Below are positions 28,160 through 36,718 of a stretch of DNA of 64,000 nucleotides, piece after piece. Made by a program: the position numbers and the translations under genes. Every line of letters starts with the position of its first letter. Position 1 is the first letter of the stretch. The DNA is taken from positions 1,312,001 through 1,376,000 of the forward strand of contig OZ224045.1 of the NCBI GenBank assembly GCA_963665325.3, in the 5' to 3' direction. Source of the stretch: Alphaproteobacteria bacterium (GTDB taxonomy: Bacteria; Pseudomonadota; Alphaproteobacteria; Bin95). The notes under the pieces are model-generated. The model was not told the DNA's origin. It searched no databases and saw only the letters and a program-made list of their open reading frames with translations.

Positions 28160-30096
28160 ACCGTCCGGCGGTGGAGCGTGGGCTGCTCGCGGCGGTTCAC
28201 GCCGGGCTGGCGCTGGTGCTGCTCACGCCGCTGGCCTGGGCGCCCGAGACCTACCATCCGTTCGCCATCGGCAAGGCGGCCTATGCGCGCTCGCTGATCG
28301 CGGTGACCTTCGCGCTGTGGGCGCTGCTCGTCGCGGTGGCGCCGCGGTGGGGCCCGCGGCCGGGCGCCATCCTCGCCGCGCTGGCCGCGGGCCTCGCCGC
28401 GGCGGCTGTCTCCGCCGGGCTGGGCGTGAGCCCGCAACGCAGCCTGTGGTCGACCTACACGCGCATGGACGGCCTGGTGGAGAGCGCGCACTGGTTCGCG
28501 TTCGCCCTGGTGCTCGCCGCGGTGCTGCGCGGCCCGCGCGGCTGGAGCCGGCTGCTCAACGCCAACCTCGGGGTGGGCCTGGTGGCGGCGCTGGTGGCGA
28601 TCGCGCGCTTCCATGCGCCCGACGCCCCGATCCTCGATGCGCTGCCGTCCGAGTCGCGCTTGCCCCGCATCAGCGCCACCACCGGCAATCCGACCTTCCT
28701 CGCGGCGTATCTGCAGGCGATCGCATTGCTCGCGGCCGGCTTCCTCGTCCGCTCATGGGCGCGCGCGGCCCCGTCGCCGGGCGGGGCCGGGCGCGGCCGG
28801 CGGGCGCCGGGGCGGACCTCGCACGGGCCGGCCCGGCTGTTCTGGGGCGCGACGGCGGTGTGCGCGGCCTACGCGCTCGTGCTCACCGGCTCGATCGCCG
28901 CGCTGGCGGGGCTGGGCGCCGGCGCCGCTGTTGCGGCCGCGCTGTACGCGTGGCTCGGCCATTCGCCGCGCGCGCGGCGGCTCGGACGCCGGAGCCTGGC
29001 CGCGCTGTGCGCGGGCGCGGCGGTCCTTGTCCTCGCGATCGGCATCCGCGCCGCGGGATCCGGCGCATCGGATGCTTACCGCCCGGCGTTCGACACCATC
29101 TTGCTGGAGCGCATCACGAGCGTCGAGCGGATCGGCAACACGCTGCGCCCGCGCCTGGACAACTGGCGCGCGGGGCTGCACGCGTTCGCGGAACGCCCGC
29201 TGTTCGGCTGGGGCGCCGGCAACTATTTCGTGGCCGCGGCCCGGCACATCCCCCGGCACGCGCAGGGCAACCGCGTCGACGACCACGCCCACAACGTGCC
29301 GGTCGAGGAGGCCGCGACCAAGGGCATCGCCGGGCTTGCGGCCTACCTCCTCCTGTGGGGCGCCACCGCTGCGGTCGTGCTGCGCCACGCGCGCGCCGCC
29401 GGCCCACGCGAACAGGCCCTGACGATCTTCGCCGGCGCGGCGCTGGCGGGCTGGTTCGTCCAGAGCCAGACGCTGTTCTACTCCTCGTCGAGCTGGCTGC
29501 AGCACATGCTCCTGCTCGGGTTCGCGATGCGCCTGGAGGCCGACGGCGCGGACCGGGACGGGCGGGCGCTGGCGCGCTGGCGGACGTGGCTCGCGGGGGT
29601 ATGCGATGGTATCGCCCGGGCCCTGCGGCGGGCGCCGGCCGCACGGATCGTGCTGGCCGCGGCGGCGGTGGCGCTCGCCGCCGGATCGCTCGCCGCCAAC
29701 CGCGCCGCGCATGACGGGGCCGCGGCGATCTACCGGGCGGAGTTCTCCGGGCGGTTCCTGGAGGACCTGGAACGCTCCATGCGCGCGTTCGAGCCGCTCG
29801 CCAACGGTCCGCGCGCCATCCTGTTCAACAATGTGGCGGCCAACTGGCCGGTGCTGACCGCCAATCGCCCGGCCGAGGCCCGGCGCCTGCAACAGTGGAC
29901 GCAGCGCGAGGCGGCCGCGGCGCTCGCGGCCGAGCCGCAGAGCTGGGTCGTCCACCACGCCCTGGCGCGGCTCTACGCCCGGTTCGCCACCACCGACCCG
30001 AGCTTCGCAGCGCCGGCCCGGCGGCACCTGGAGCGTTCGCTGGAACTGGCCCCCAACCTGGATCCGCTCGCACCGCCGCCGGCGGACCCGCCATGA
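28156..30096 (+). CDS. O-antigen ligase / O-oligosaccharyltransferase-like membrane protein with helical C-terminus
   Basis: ATTGNPTFLAAY, ERPLFGWGAGNY, DHAHN..EEAATKGIAGL (Wzy_C signature). Confidence 0.85.
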   Translation: MNRPAVERGLLAAVHAGLALVLLTPLAWAPETYHPFAIGKAAYARSLIAVTFALWALLVAVAPRWGPRPGAILAALAAGLAAAAVSAGLGVSPQRSLWSTYTRMDGLVESAHWFAFALVLAAVLRGPRGWSRLLNANLGVGLVAALVAIARFHAPDAPILDALPSESRLPRISATTGNPTFLAAYLQAIALLAAGFLVRSWARAAPSPGGAGRGRRAPGRTSHGPARLFWGATAVCAAYALVLTGSIAALAGLGAGAAVAAALYAWLGHSPRARRLGRRSLAALCAGAAVLVLAIGIRAAGSGASDAYRPAFDTILLERITSVERIGNTLRPRLDNWRAGLHAFAERPLFGWGAGNYFVAAARHIPRHAQGNRVDDHAHNVPVEEAATKGIAGLAAYLLLWGATAAVVLRHARAAGPREQALTIFAGAALAGWFVQSQTLFYSSSSWLQHMLLLGFAMRLEADGADRDGRALARWRTWLAGVCDGIARALRRAPAARIVLAAAAVALAAGSLAANRAAHDGAAAIYRAEFSGRFLEDLERSMRAFEPLANGPRAILFNNVAANWPVLTANRPAEARRLQQWTQREAAAALAAEPQSWVVHHALARLYARFATTDPSFAAPARRHLERSLELAPNLDPLAPPPADPP

Positions 30097-30407
30097 GCCA
30101 CGCTCCCGGCGCGCTCCGCGCGCGCTTCCTTCAGATCGGCTTCGGGCACGGCGGCACGACGGCTCCCGCCGCCTTCCTCAACCGCTGCGCGTTCCCCCGC
30201 GTGCACGGCATCGGACCGGGTCCCCCCGAGCGGCCGTGCGGCTTCATCGGCGTGCCGCGCGTCTGCGCGCGCCTGTATACGCATGCAAGTCCCCGGACGG
30301 CGCCGCTTGCCGAAGCGCCGGCCGCCCGGGTCCCGGGACCGGTGCGGCGGGCGGCGGCGCCACTGCCCAGGCGCCGCGTCGAGACGCTGCTGCGCCGGCG
30401 ATCATGA
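30093..30407 (+). pseudogene. Remnant of a sulfotransferase paralogue
   Basis: FLQIGFGHGGTTAPAAFLNRCAFPRVH parallels FFQIGFQRCGTTAIALFFNRSGIPAVH of 31356-32081, then degenerates. Confidence 0.6.
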
Positions 30408-31399
30408 ACGACGTGCGCCAGCCCGCGGTGTCGGTCATCGTGCCGGCGCGCGACGAAGCCGCGCACCTGCCGCGCGCGCTGGACTCGGTCCTGGCGCAGG
30501 ACTACTGCGGCGCCGTCGAGGTCATCGTCGCCGACGGCTCGCAGACCCCGGAAACGGCGGCCGCCGTGCGGGCCCGCTTTCCCGGCGTGCGCATCGTGCC
30601 CAACCCCCGCCGCCACATCCCCGCCGGGCTGAACGCCGCGCTCGGCGCCGCGTCGCACGACATCGTGCTGCGCTGCGACGCGCGCTGTGAGCTGCCGCCG
30701 GACCACGTGCGCAAGGCCGTCGCCACGCTGCTGCGCACCGGCGCGGCCGCCGTCGGCGGGCGCCAGCGCCCGCTGGGCGACAACCCCTTCACCCGCGCGG
30801 TGGCGCTGGCCATGACCATGCCGCTCGGCGCCGGGGGCGCCCGCTACCGGATCGGGGGGCGCGCCGGGCCCGCGGATACCGTCTGGGCCGGCGCGTACCG
30901 GCGCGCGGCGCTCCTCGCCGCCGGCGGCTTCGACGAACGCCTCCGGCGCAACGAGGACTACGCGGTGCACTTCAGGCTGCGCGAGCTGGGCGGGACGGTC
31001 TGGTTCGATCCCGACCTGAGCGCGGGCTACCGGCCGCGCGGGACCCTGCCTTCGCTGGCCCGGCAGTACTTCGACAACGGACGCTGGAAGTTCCGCATGC
31101 TCTGCCGCCATCCGCGCTCGCTGCGCGCCCGTCAGCTGGCGCCCCCGGCGCTGCTGCTCGGCCTCGCCGCCTCGGCGGTGCTGGCCGCCTCGGGTGTGGC
31201 CGGGGCGGGGCTCGTGCCCTTCGCCTACGCCGCCGTGCTGGCGGGCGCCCCGGCCGCCAGCGCGCGCGCCCGTCGCGACCCCCGCGCCGCACTCCTGCTG
31301 CCGGCGGTGCTCGCCACCATGCACCTCGCCTGGGCCGCCGGGTTCCTCGCCTCCGTCAGCGCGCGGGCTTGCTCAGCAGGTTCTTCACGGGCCGCTTGA
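30404..31399 (+). CDS. GT2 glycosyltransferase, ExoA-like
   Basis: VSVIVPARDE, VIVADGS, LRCDAR, GGFDERLRRNEDY, RQYFDNGRWK. Confidence 0.9.
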   Translation: MNDVRQPAVSVIVPARDEAAHLPRALDSVLAQDYCGAVEVIVADGSQTPETAAAVRARFPGVRIVPNPRRHIPAGLNAALGAASHDIVLRCDARCELPPDHVRKAVATLLRTGAAAVGGRQRPLGDNPFTRAVALAMTMPLGAGGARYRIGGRAGPADTVWAGAYRRAALLAAGGFDERLRRNEDYAVHFRLRELGGTVWFDPDLSAGYRPRGTLPSLARQYFDNGRWKFRMLCRHPRSLRARQLAPPALLLGLAASAVLAASGVAGAGLVPFAYAAVLAGAPAASARARRDPRAALLLPAVLATMHLAWAAGFLASVSARACSAGSSRAA

Positions 31400-32081
31400 A
31401 GCGCTGCGGAACGCGTTCCTTGACCGCGACCGGCATGGCCTTCGCCAGCAGGTTGCCGAACACGCTCATCGTCGCGTTCTGGCGCGTGTAGTAGCGGGCA
31501 CAGGCGCGCGGCACGCCGACGAAGTCGCTCAGCCGCTCCGGGGGATCGGCCTCGATGTCGAACACCAGCAGTTCGTCGGCCGGGATCTCAGCGACCACCC
31601 TGCGATGGTGCTCCTCCCAGTCCCGGAGCAGGCACTGGCGCACCCGGGCGGGGTCCGCGGTGCCGAACCGCAGCTCGTACTGCGCGGTCATTTCGCGCCG
31701 GCCCCGCCGCGCCTTGTGGGCCATCACGCTGCGCACCCAGTGCTCCGGGGGGCGGGTGTTGAGGATGAAGCGCCCGCCATAGGCGGCCCGCAGCTCGCCG
31801 TAGTGCTTGAACGCGTCGAAGAAGTCGTCCGCGCTGTTCCAGTTCATGTTCGTGAACGCCCGGTAGCGCTCGTCATAGCCGGCCAGCGGCCGCTCCCCGG
31901 CGGCGAGGTTCGCCCGCATGCGCTGCGCCAGCCGGCCGCGGTCGAAGTGCACGGCGGGGATCCCGGACCGGTTGAAGAACAGCGCGATCGCCGTCGTGCC
32001 GCAGCGCTGGAACCCGATCTGGAAGAACATCCCGCCGGCGTGTTGCGCGGCGGCTGCCCCGGAGGTCCGCCCGCCCGTCAC
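31356..32081 (-). CDS. Sulfotransferase family protein
   Basis: PAPS-binding loop QIGFQRCGTT, FILNTRPPEHWVRS, LLVFDIE; GTGA-coupled to the upstream gene. Confidence 0.75.
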   Translation of the reverse strand: MTGGRTSGAAAAQHAGGMFFQIGFQRCGTTAIALFFNRSGIPAVHFDRGRLAQRMRANLAAGERPLAGYDERYRAFTNMNWNSADDFFDAFKHYGELRAAYGGRFILNTRPPEHWVRSVMAHKARRGRREMTAQYELRFGTADPARVRQCLLRDWEEHHRRVVAEIPADELLVFDIEADPPERLSDFVGVPRACARYYTRQNATMSVFGNLLAKAMPVAVKERVPQRFKRPVKNLLSKPAR

Positions 32082-32734
32082 GAGACCCGGCTCCACGCCT
32101 CGCACTCCCCGGGCGCGGGTGCCGCCGCGCCGCGCGAAGCACGGGCGCCGCGACAGCGCCGCGGCGGGCCGCGCAGCACGCGGCGCAGGCACAGCAGGCA
32201 CAGCCTGAGGTCCAGCCAGGGGCTCATCCGCGCGATATACAGCTTGTCGTAGCGCAGCTTGCACCGCGGATGCAGGTGATAGTGGCCGCGCGCCTGCGCC
32301 AGGCCCGCGATACCGGGCCGCACCCGCAGCCGCTGCGAAAACCCGGGAACCGCCCGCTCCAGCCGGCTCGCCATCTCCGGGCGTTCCGGCCGCGGCCCCA
32401 CCAGGCTCATCTCGCCCCGCGCGACGTTCACGAGCTGCGGCAGCTCGTCCAGGTGCAGCCGGCGCAGCCACCGGCCCACCCGGGTCACGCGCGCGTCGCG
32501 CCACGCGGCCCACACCGGCCCCGTCCTGCGCTCCGCCCCGTCGAGCATGGTGCGGAACTTGATTATGCGAAACGGCCGCCCGCCGCGCCCGAGGCGCGTC
32601 TGGCAGTACAGCGCCGGTCCCGGGCTGTCGAGCCGGATCGCCAGCGCGATCAGCGCGCAGAGCGGCAGCAGCACCACGCCCGCAAGCACCGTCAGGCACA
32701 GGTCCATCGGCCGCTTGTATCCGTCGTTCACCAT
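32078..32734 (-). CDS. Priming sugar transferase (Bac_transf family)
   Basis: KRPMD, IRLDSPGP, KFRTM, RVTRVGRWLRRLHLDELPQLVNVARGEMSLVGPRPERP. Confidence 0.93.
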   Translation of the reverse strand: MVNDGYKRPMDLCLTVLAGVVLLPLCALIALAIRLDSPGPALYCQTRLGRGGRPFRIIKFRTMLDGAERRTGPVWAAWRDARVTRVGRWLRRLHLDELPQLVNVARGEMSLVGPRPERPEMASRLERAVPGFSQRLRVRPGIAGLAQARGHYHLHPRCKLRYDKLYIARMSPWLDLRLCLLCLRRVLRGPPRRCRGARASRGAAAPAPGECEAWSRVS

Positions 32735-32923
32735 CGCCGTCCCCGACCTGAAGACCCGTGCTCCACGCCGCCGTGTGCGGGCCGGCCCGGCCATGCGGGC
32801 GACCGCGTCCAGGCCGTCTTCCGGACCGCCGGACCGCGCTCCGCAGCGCCGGACGAACCGGCGCAAATGCACCGTGCACCCGGTGTGTGTCTCGTTGCGG
32901 TCTTCATGGAACCGGAGGGAGTG

Positions 32924-33883
32924 TCATCCCGCGCCGCCCCCGGGCTTGCCGCCGCATCCCGGAACCGGCGACCGCCCGGCGGCCGTCGCCGCGTGCGGTC
33001 GGGGCGGCGGCGGGTTCGCCGTCCGCGATGCCGCGATCCCGGCGGCGGATCGGCCGATCGGTCCCCGCTTCTCAAGCTCGGCCAGGATGCGCCGGGCGGC
33101 GAGGTCGGGCCCGACGGTCGTGGTATCGATCTCCATGTCATGGCTTCGCGGACGTTCATAGGGGTCGTCGATGCCGGTGAACCGCTCGATCAGGCCGGCC
33201 CGCGCCCTGGCGTAGAGGCCCTTCGGGTCGCGGGCCTCGCAGACCGCAAGCGGCGTCGACACCCAGACCTCGACGTAGCGCCCGGCCGCTTCGACCGTCT
33301 CGCGGAAGCGGCGGCGGCCGGTTGCATAGGGTGCGATAACGGCGCAGATCGCAATGCCGCCCTGGCGGGCGACCTCGGCAGCCGCGAGCCCGATGCGCCG
33401 CAGGTTGGTCTCGCGGTCTTCCCGGGAGAAGCCCAGTTCGCTGGAGAGGCGCGTGCGGACGATGTCGCCATCGAGAAGGGTTGCCTGACGGCCCGATCTC
33501 TCGCTCAGCAGTGCTGCGAGCGCGTTTGCGAGCGTCGACTTGCCGGCGCCCGAGAGGCCGGTGAACAGGACCGTGAAGCCTTCGGGAGCAGAGAAGCCGC
33601 CATTGGGCAGGCGTTCCGGATCGCAGCGCCGGCGTGAGGCGAGGTCCCGACCCTTCGCGTTCCGGGCGGGGGACTGGGTCCCTGGCGAGCCGCCAGGGAC
33701 TTCAGGCGGCAGCCCGGGCCGCCCACTGACGATCGGAGAGTTCATCGCGGCCCTTCCTGCAGGGTCGGTGTCGTTTCCGCCTGTCTCGACCGCGTTGCCG
33801 CCCGGGACCAGATCGATGCGGGCGCGCCGCTCCCGGCTCTTGCTTGCCGGGCCCGCAACTTCCCCTTTCGCCGCAGAGAACAT
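32924..33883 (-). CDS. cysC: Adenylyl-sulfate (APS) kinase with N-terminal extension
   Basis: FTGLSGAGKST, LLDGDIVR, LSSELGFSREDR, RDPKGLYARARAG, FTGIDDPYE; start uncertain. Confidence 0.88.
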   Translation of the reverse strand: MFSAAKGEVAGPASKSRERRARIDLVPGGNAVETGGNDTDPAGRAAMNSPIVSGRPGLPPEVPGGSPGTQSPARNAKGRDLASRRRCDPERLPNGGFSAPEGFTVLFTGLSGAGKSTLANALAALLSERSGRQATLLDGDIVRTRLSSELGFSREDRETNLRRIGLAAAEVARQGGIAICAVIAPYATGRRRFRETVEAAGRYVEVWVSTPLAVCEARDPKGLYARARAGLIERFTGIDDPYERPRSHDMEIDTTTVGPDLAARRILAELEKRGPIGRSAAGIAASRTANPPPPRPHAATAAGRSPVPGCGGKPGGGAG

Positions 33884-34174
33884 CCGTCCACCCCAAAGAC
33901 AAACTCCAATGCGAGTGGCGCCGCTGTCTGGGAGATGCCCCCCTCCCCGGCGCGCCACCCGGCCGCGGTCCGGACCGCGGCCGGGCGGGATCATGGCAAA
34001 AAGAGCATGGACCTGGTGTGAATTATCTCGTTGTTCCAGTGGTGATTGCATGTATTCTATGCCGGAATCGCATCGACAACGCCCCGTTCGGCATCGACTC
34101 CGGTAGCGATGCGCCTCCGCGGCGGATCGATTCGCCCGCCGATTCGGGGGAACCCGCCGGACGGACGGGCCGGG
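33834..34174. repeat. Duplicated promoter/leader region, copy B
   Basis: Direct-orientation homologue of 25106-25451. Confidence 0.85.
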
Positions 34175-34188
34175 AAGAGGAGGGAACG

Positions 34189-36540
34189 ATGGCCGGTCGC
34201 GACACGATCGAGCGGGAGAACGCGGCGCTGCGCAGGCGCGGCGCGGAGCTCAACGCGGCGATCCTGCGCATCGGCGCGAGCCTCGACCTCGACACCGTGC
34301 TGCGCGAGATCGTCGACAGCGCCCGCGCGCTCACCGGCGCCCGCTACGGCATGATCGCGACGTTCGACGGGGCGGGCGCGATCGAGGAGTTCATCGCCCC
34401 GGGGCTTTCGGACGACGAACGCCGGCACATGGCCGGGTGGCCGCCCGGCCACGCCTTCTTCGAGCACCTGCGCGGCCTTCCGGACCCGCTCCGGGTAGCC
34501 GACCTGCCCGCCTACCTGCGCTCGCTCGGCTACACCGACGGGCTCACGCTCTCGAAGACCCTGCAGGCGACGCCGATGCGCCACCGCGGCGCGCATGTGG
34601 GCCACTTCTTCCTCGGCGAGAAGGAGCAGGGCCAGGAGTTCACTGAGGAGGATGAGGAGGTGCTGGTGCTGTTCGCCTCCCAAGCGGCGACGGCGATCGC
34701 CAATGCCCGCACGCATCGCGACGAGCGGCGCGCGCGGGCCGGCCTCGAGGCGCTGGTCGACACCTCGCCGGTCGGCGTCGTGGTGTTCGATGCCGGAAGC
34801 GGCCGCCCGGTCTCTTTCAACCGCGAGGCGCGGCGCATCGTGGAGGGGCTGCGCTCGCCGGGCCAGCCGCCCGAGCAACTGGCGGAGACGATCGCCTGCC
34901 GGCGGCCCGACGGACGCGAGGTCCGGCTGAGCGACCTCTCCCATGCCGAGACGGTGCGCGCCGAGGAGATGGAGCTGTCGGTGCCGGACGGGCGCAGCGT
35001 CACCACGCTGCTCAACGCGACGCCGATCCGGCTGACGGAGGACTCCGTCGAATCGGTGGTTGTCACCATGCAGGACCTGGCGCCGCTCGAGGAGCTCGAC
35101 CGGCAGCGCGCGGAGTTCCTGGGGCTGGTCAGCCACGAGCTGCGCACGCCCCTCGCCGCCATCAAGGGATCGGCCGCCTCCGTGCTGGGCGCGGGCCCCG
35201 AGCTCGACCCCGCCGAGATGCGCGAGTTTTTCCGCGTCATCGACGAGCAGGCCGACCACATGCGCGGCCTGGTCGGCGACCTGCTCGACGTCGGGCGCAT
35301 CGACGCCGGCACGCTGTCGGTGTCGCCCGAGCCCTCCGCGGTCGCCGCCCTGGTGGACCGGGCCCGCAACGCCTTCCTCGCCGGCGGCGCCCGGCACGGC
35401 GTGTCGATCGACCTGCCGCCCGACCTGCCGCCGGTGATGGCCGACCGGCGGCGCATCGTGCAGGTGCTGAACAACCTGCTCGCCAACGCCGCGCGGCACG
35501 CGCCGGAGTCCCTGCCGATCCGGATCGCGGCGGTGCGCGACGGCGTGCATGTCGCGCTCACGGTCTCCGACGAGGGCCGGGGCGTGGCGCCGGAGCGGCT
35601 CCCGCATCTGTTCCGCAAGCACACCGGCCTCGCCGATGGCGGCGACGGCGCGCTGGGGTCGGCGGGTCTCGGCCTCGCCATCTGCAAGGGCCTCGTGGAG
35701 GCGCATGGCGGGCGCATCCGGGCCGCAAGCGGCGGGCCGGGCCAGGGCACGCAGGTCACGTTCAGCCTGCCGGTCGCCGGCGAGCCCGGCGAGCCCGGCG
35801 AGGACGAGACGGCGGGCCGTGCTGCGGGCCGCCCGGCCGCGGCGCCGAACGGGCAGAAACCGGCGCCCGTCCTGGTGGTCGACGACGATCCGAAGGCGCT
35901 GCGCTTCGTGCGCGACGCGCTGGCCGGCACGAACTACGTCCCGGTGGTGACCGGCGATCCGGAAGCGATCGCCGGCCTCATCCACACCGAGAAGCCCCGG
36001 CTGGTCCTGCTCGACCTGATGCTGCCCGGGACCGACGGCATCGAGCTGATGCGGCGCGTCCCGGAACTCGGCGACCTGCCGGTCATCTTCATCTCGGCCT
36101 ACGGCCGCGACGAGACCATCGCGCGGGCGCTTGAGGCGGGCGCGTCCGACTACATCGTCAAGCCGTTCTCGCCGACCGAGCTGGTGGCGCGGATCCGGGC
36201 CGCGCTGCGCCGGGAGGCCGCGCCCGAGCCCTACCTGCTCGGCGATCTCGCGATCCACTACGAGGAGCGCCGGGTGAGCGTGGCGGGCCGCGACGTGGCG
36301 CTGACCGCGACCGAGTACGAGCTGCTGCGGGTGCTCTCGCGGAACGAGGGACGGGTATCGACCTTCGAGGCCCTGCTGCGCCAGGTCTGGCGCGGGCGGC
36401 ATCACGGCGACCCGGAACTCCTTCGCACCTATGTGAAGAAGCTGCGCCGCAAGCTCGGGGACGACGCGGCGCGCCCCGCCTACATCGTCAACGAGCGCGG
36501 CGTCGGCTACCGCATGGCCCGGCCCGGCCAGCGGCCCTGA
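34189..36540 (+). CDS. Hybrid histidine kinase: GAF-PAS-HisKA-HATPase-REC-OmpR wHTH
   Basis: SHELRTPLAAIKG, NLLANAARH, GLGLAICKG, LVVDDD / LLDLMLP / KPF, LTATEYELL...IVNERGVGYR. Confidence 0.92.
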   Translation: MAGRDTIERENAALRRRGAELNAAILRIGASLDLDTVLREIVDSARALTGARYGMIATFDGAGAIEEFIAPGLSDDERRHMAGWPPGHAFFEHLRGLPDPLRVADLPAYLRSLGYTDGLTLSKTLQATPMRHRGAHVGHFFLGEKEQGQEFTEEDEEVLVLFASQAATAIANARTHRDERRARAGLEALVDTSPVGVVVFDAGSGRPVSFNREARRIVEGLRSPGQPPEQLAETIACRRPDGREVRLSDLSHAETVRAEEMELSVPDGRSVTTLLNATPIRLTEDSVESVVVTMQDLAPLEELDRQRAEFLGLVSHELRTPLAAIKGSAASVLGAGPELDPAEMREFFRVIDEQADHMRGLVGDLLDVGRIDAGTLSVSPEPSAVAALVDRARNAFLAGGARHGVSIDLPPDLPPVMADRRRIVQVLNNLLANAARHAPESLPIRIAAVRDGVHVALTVSDEGRGVAPERLPHLFRKHTGLADGGDGALGSAGLGLAICKGLVEAHGGRIRAASGGPGQGTQVTFSLPVAGEPGEPGEDETAGRAAGRPAAAPNGQKPAPVLVVDDDPKALRFVRDALAGTNYVPVVTGDPEAIAGLIHTEKPRLVLLDLMLPGTDGIELMRRVPELGDLPVIFISAYGRDETIARALEAGASDYIVKPFSPTELVARIRAALRREAAPEPYLLGDLAIHYEERRVSVAGRDVALTATEYELLRVLSRNEGRVSTFEALLRQVWRGRHHGDPELLRTYVKKLRRKLGDDAARPAYIVNERGVGYRMARPGQRP

Positions 36541-36718
36541 GCCGCCCGTACGCGACACCCGAAAGCGCGCAGCCGGACCCGCCGCGAGGATGACCGATGA
36601 CGGGTGGCGACGGGGATCGGGAAACACCTCTCGATGCCGCTTCACGGACGGGCGCGGGCCCGCCTTCCGGAATACCCGGCCGGCGACCGCCCGTGAGAGC
36701 CGCAGCGGAGGCCGGTTC

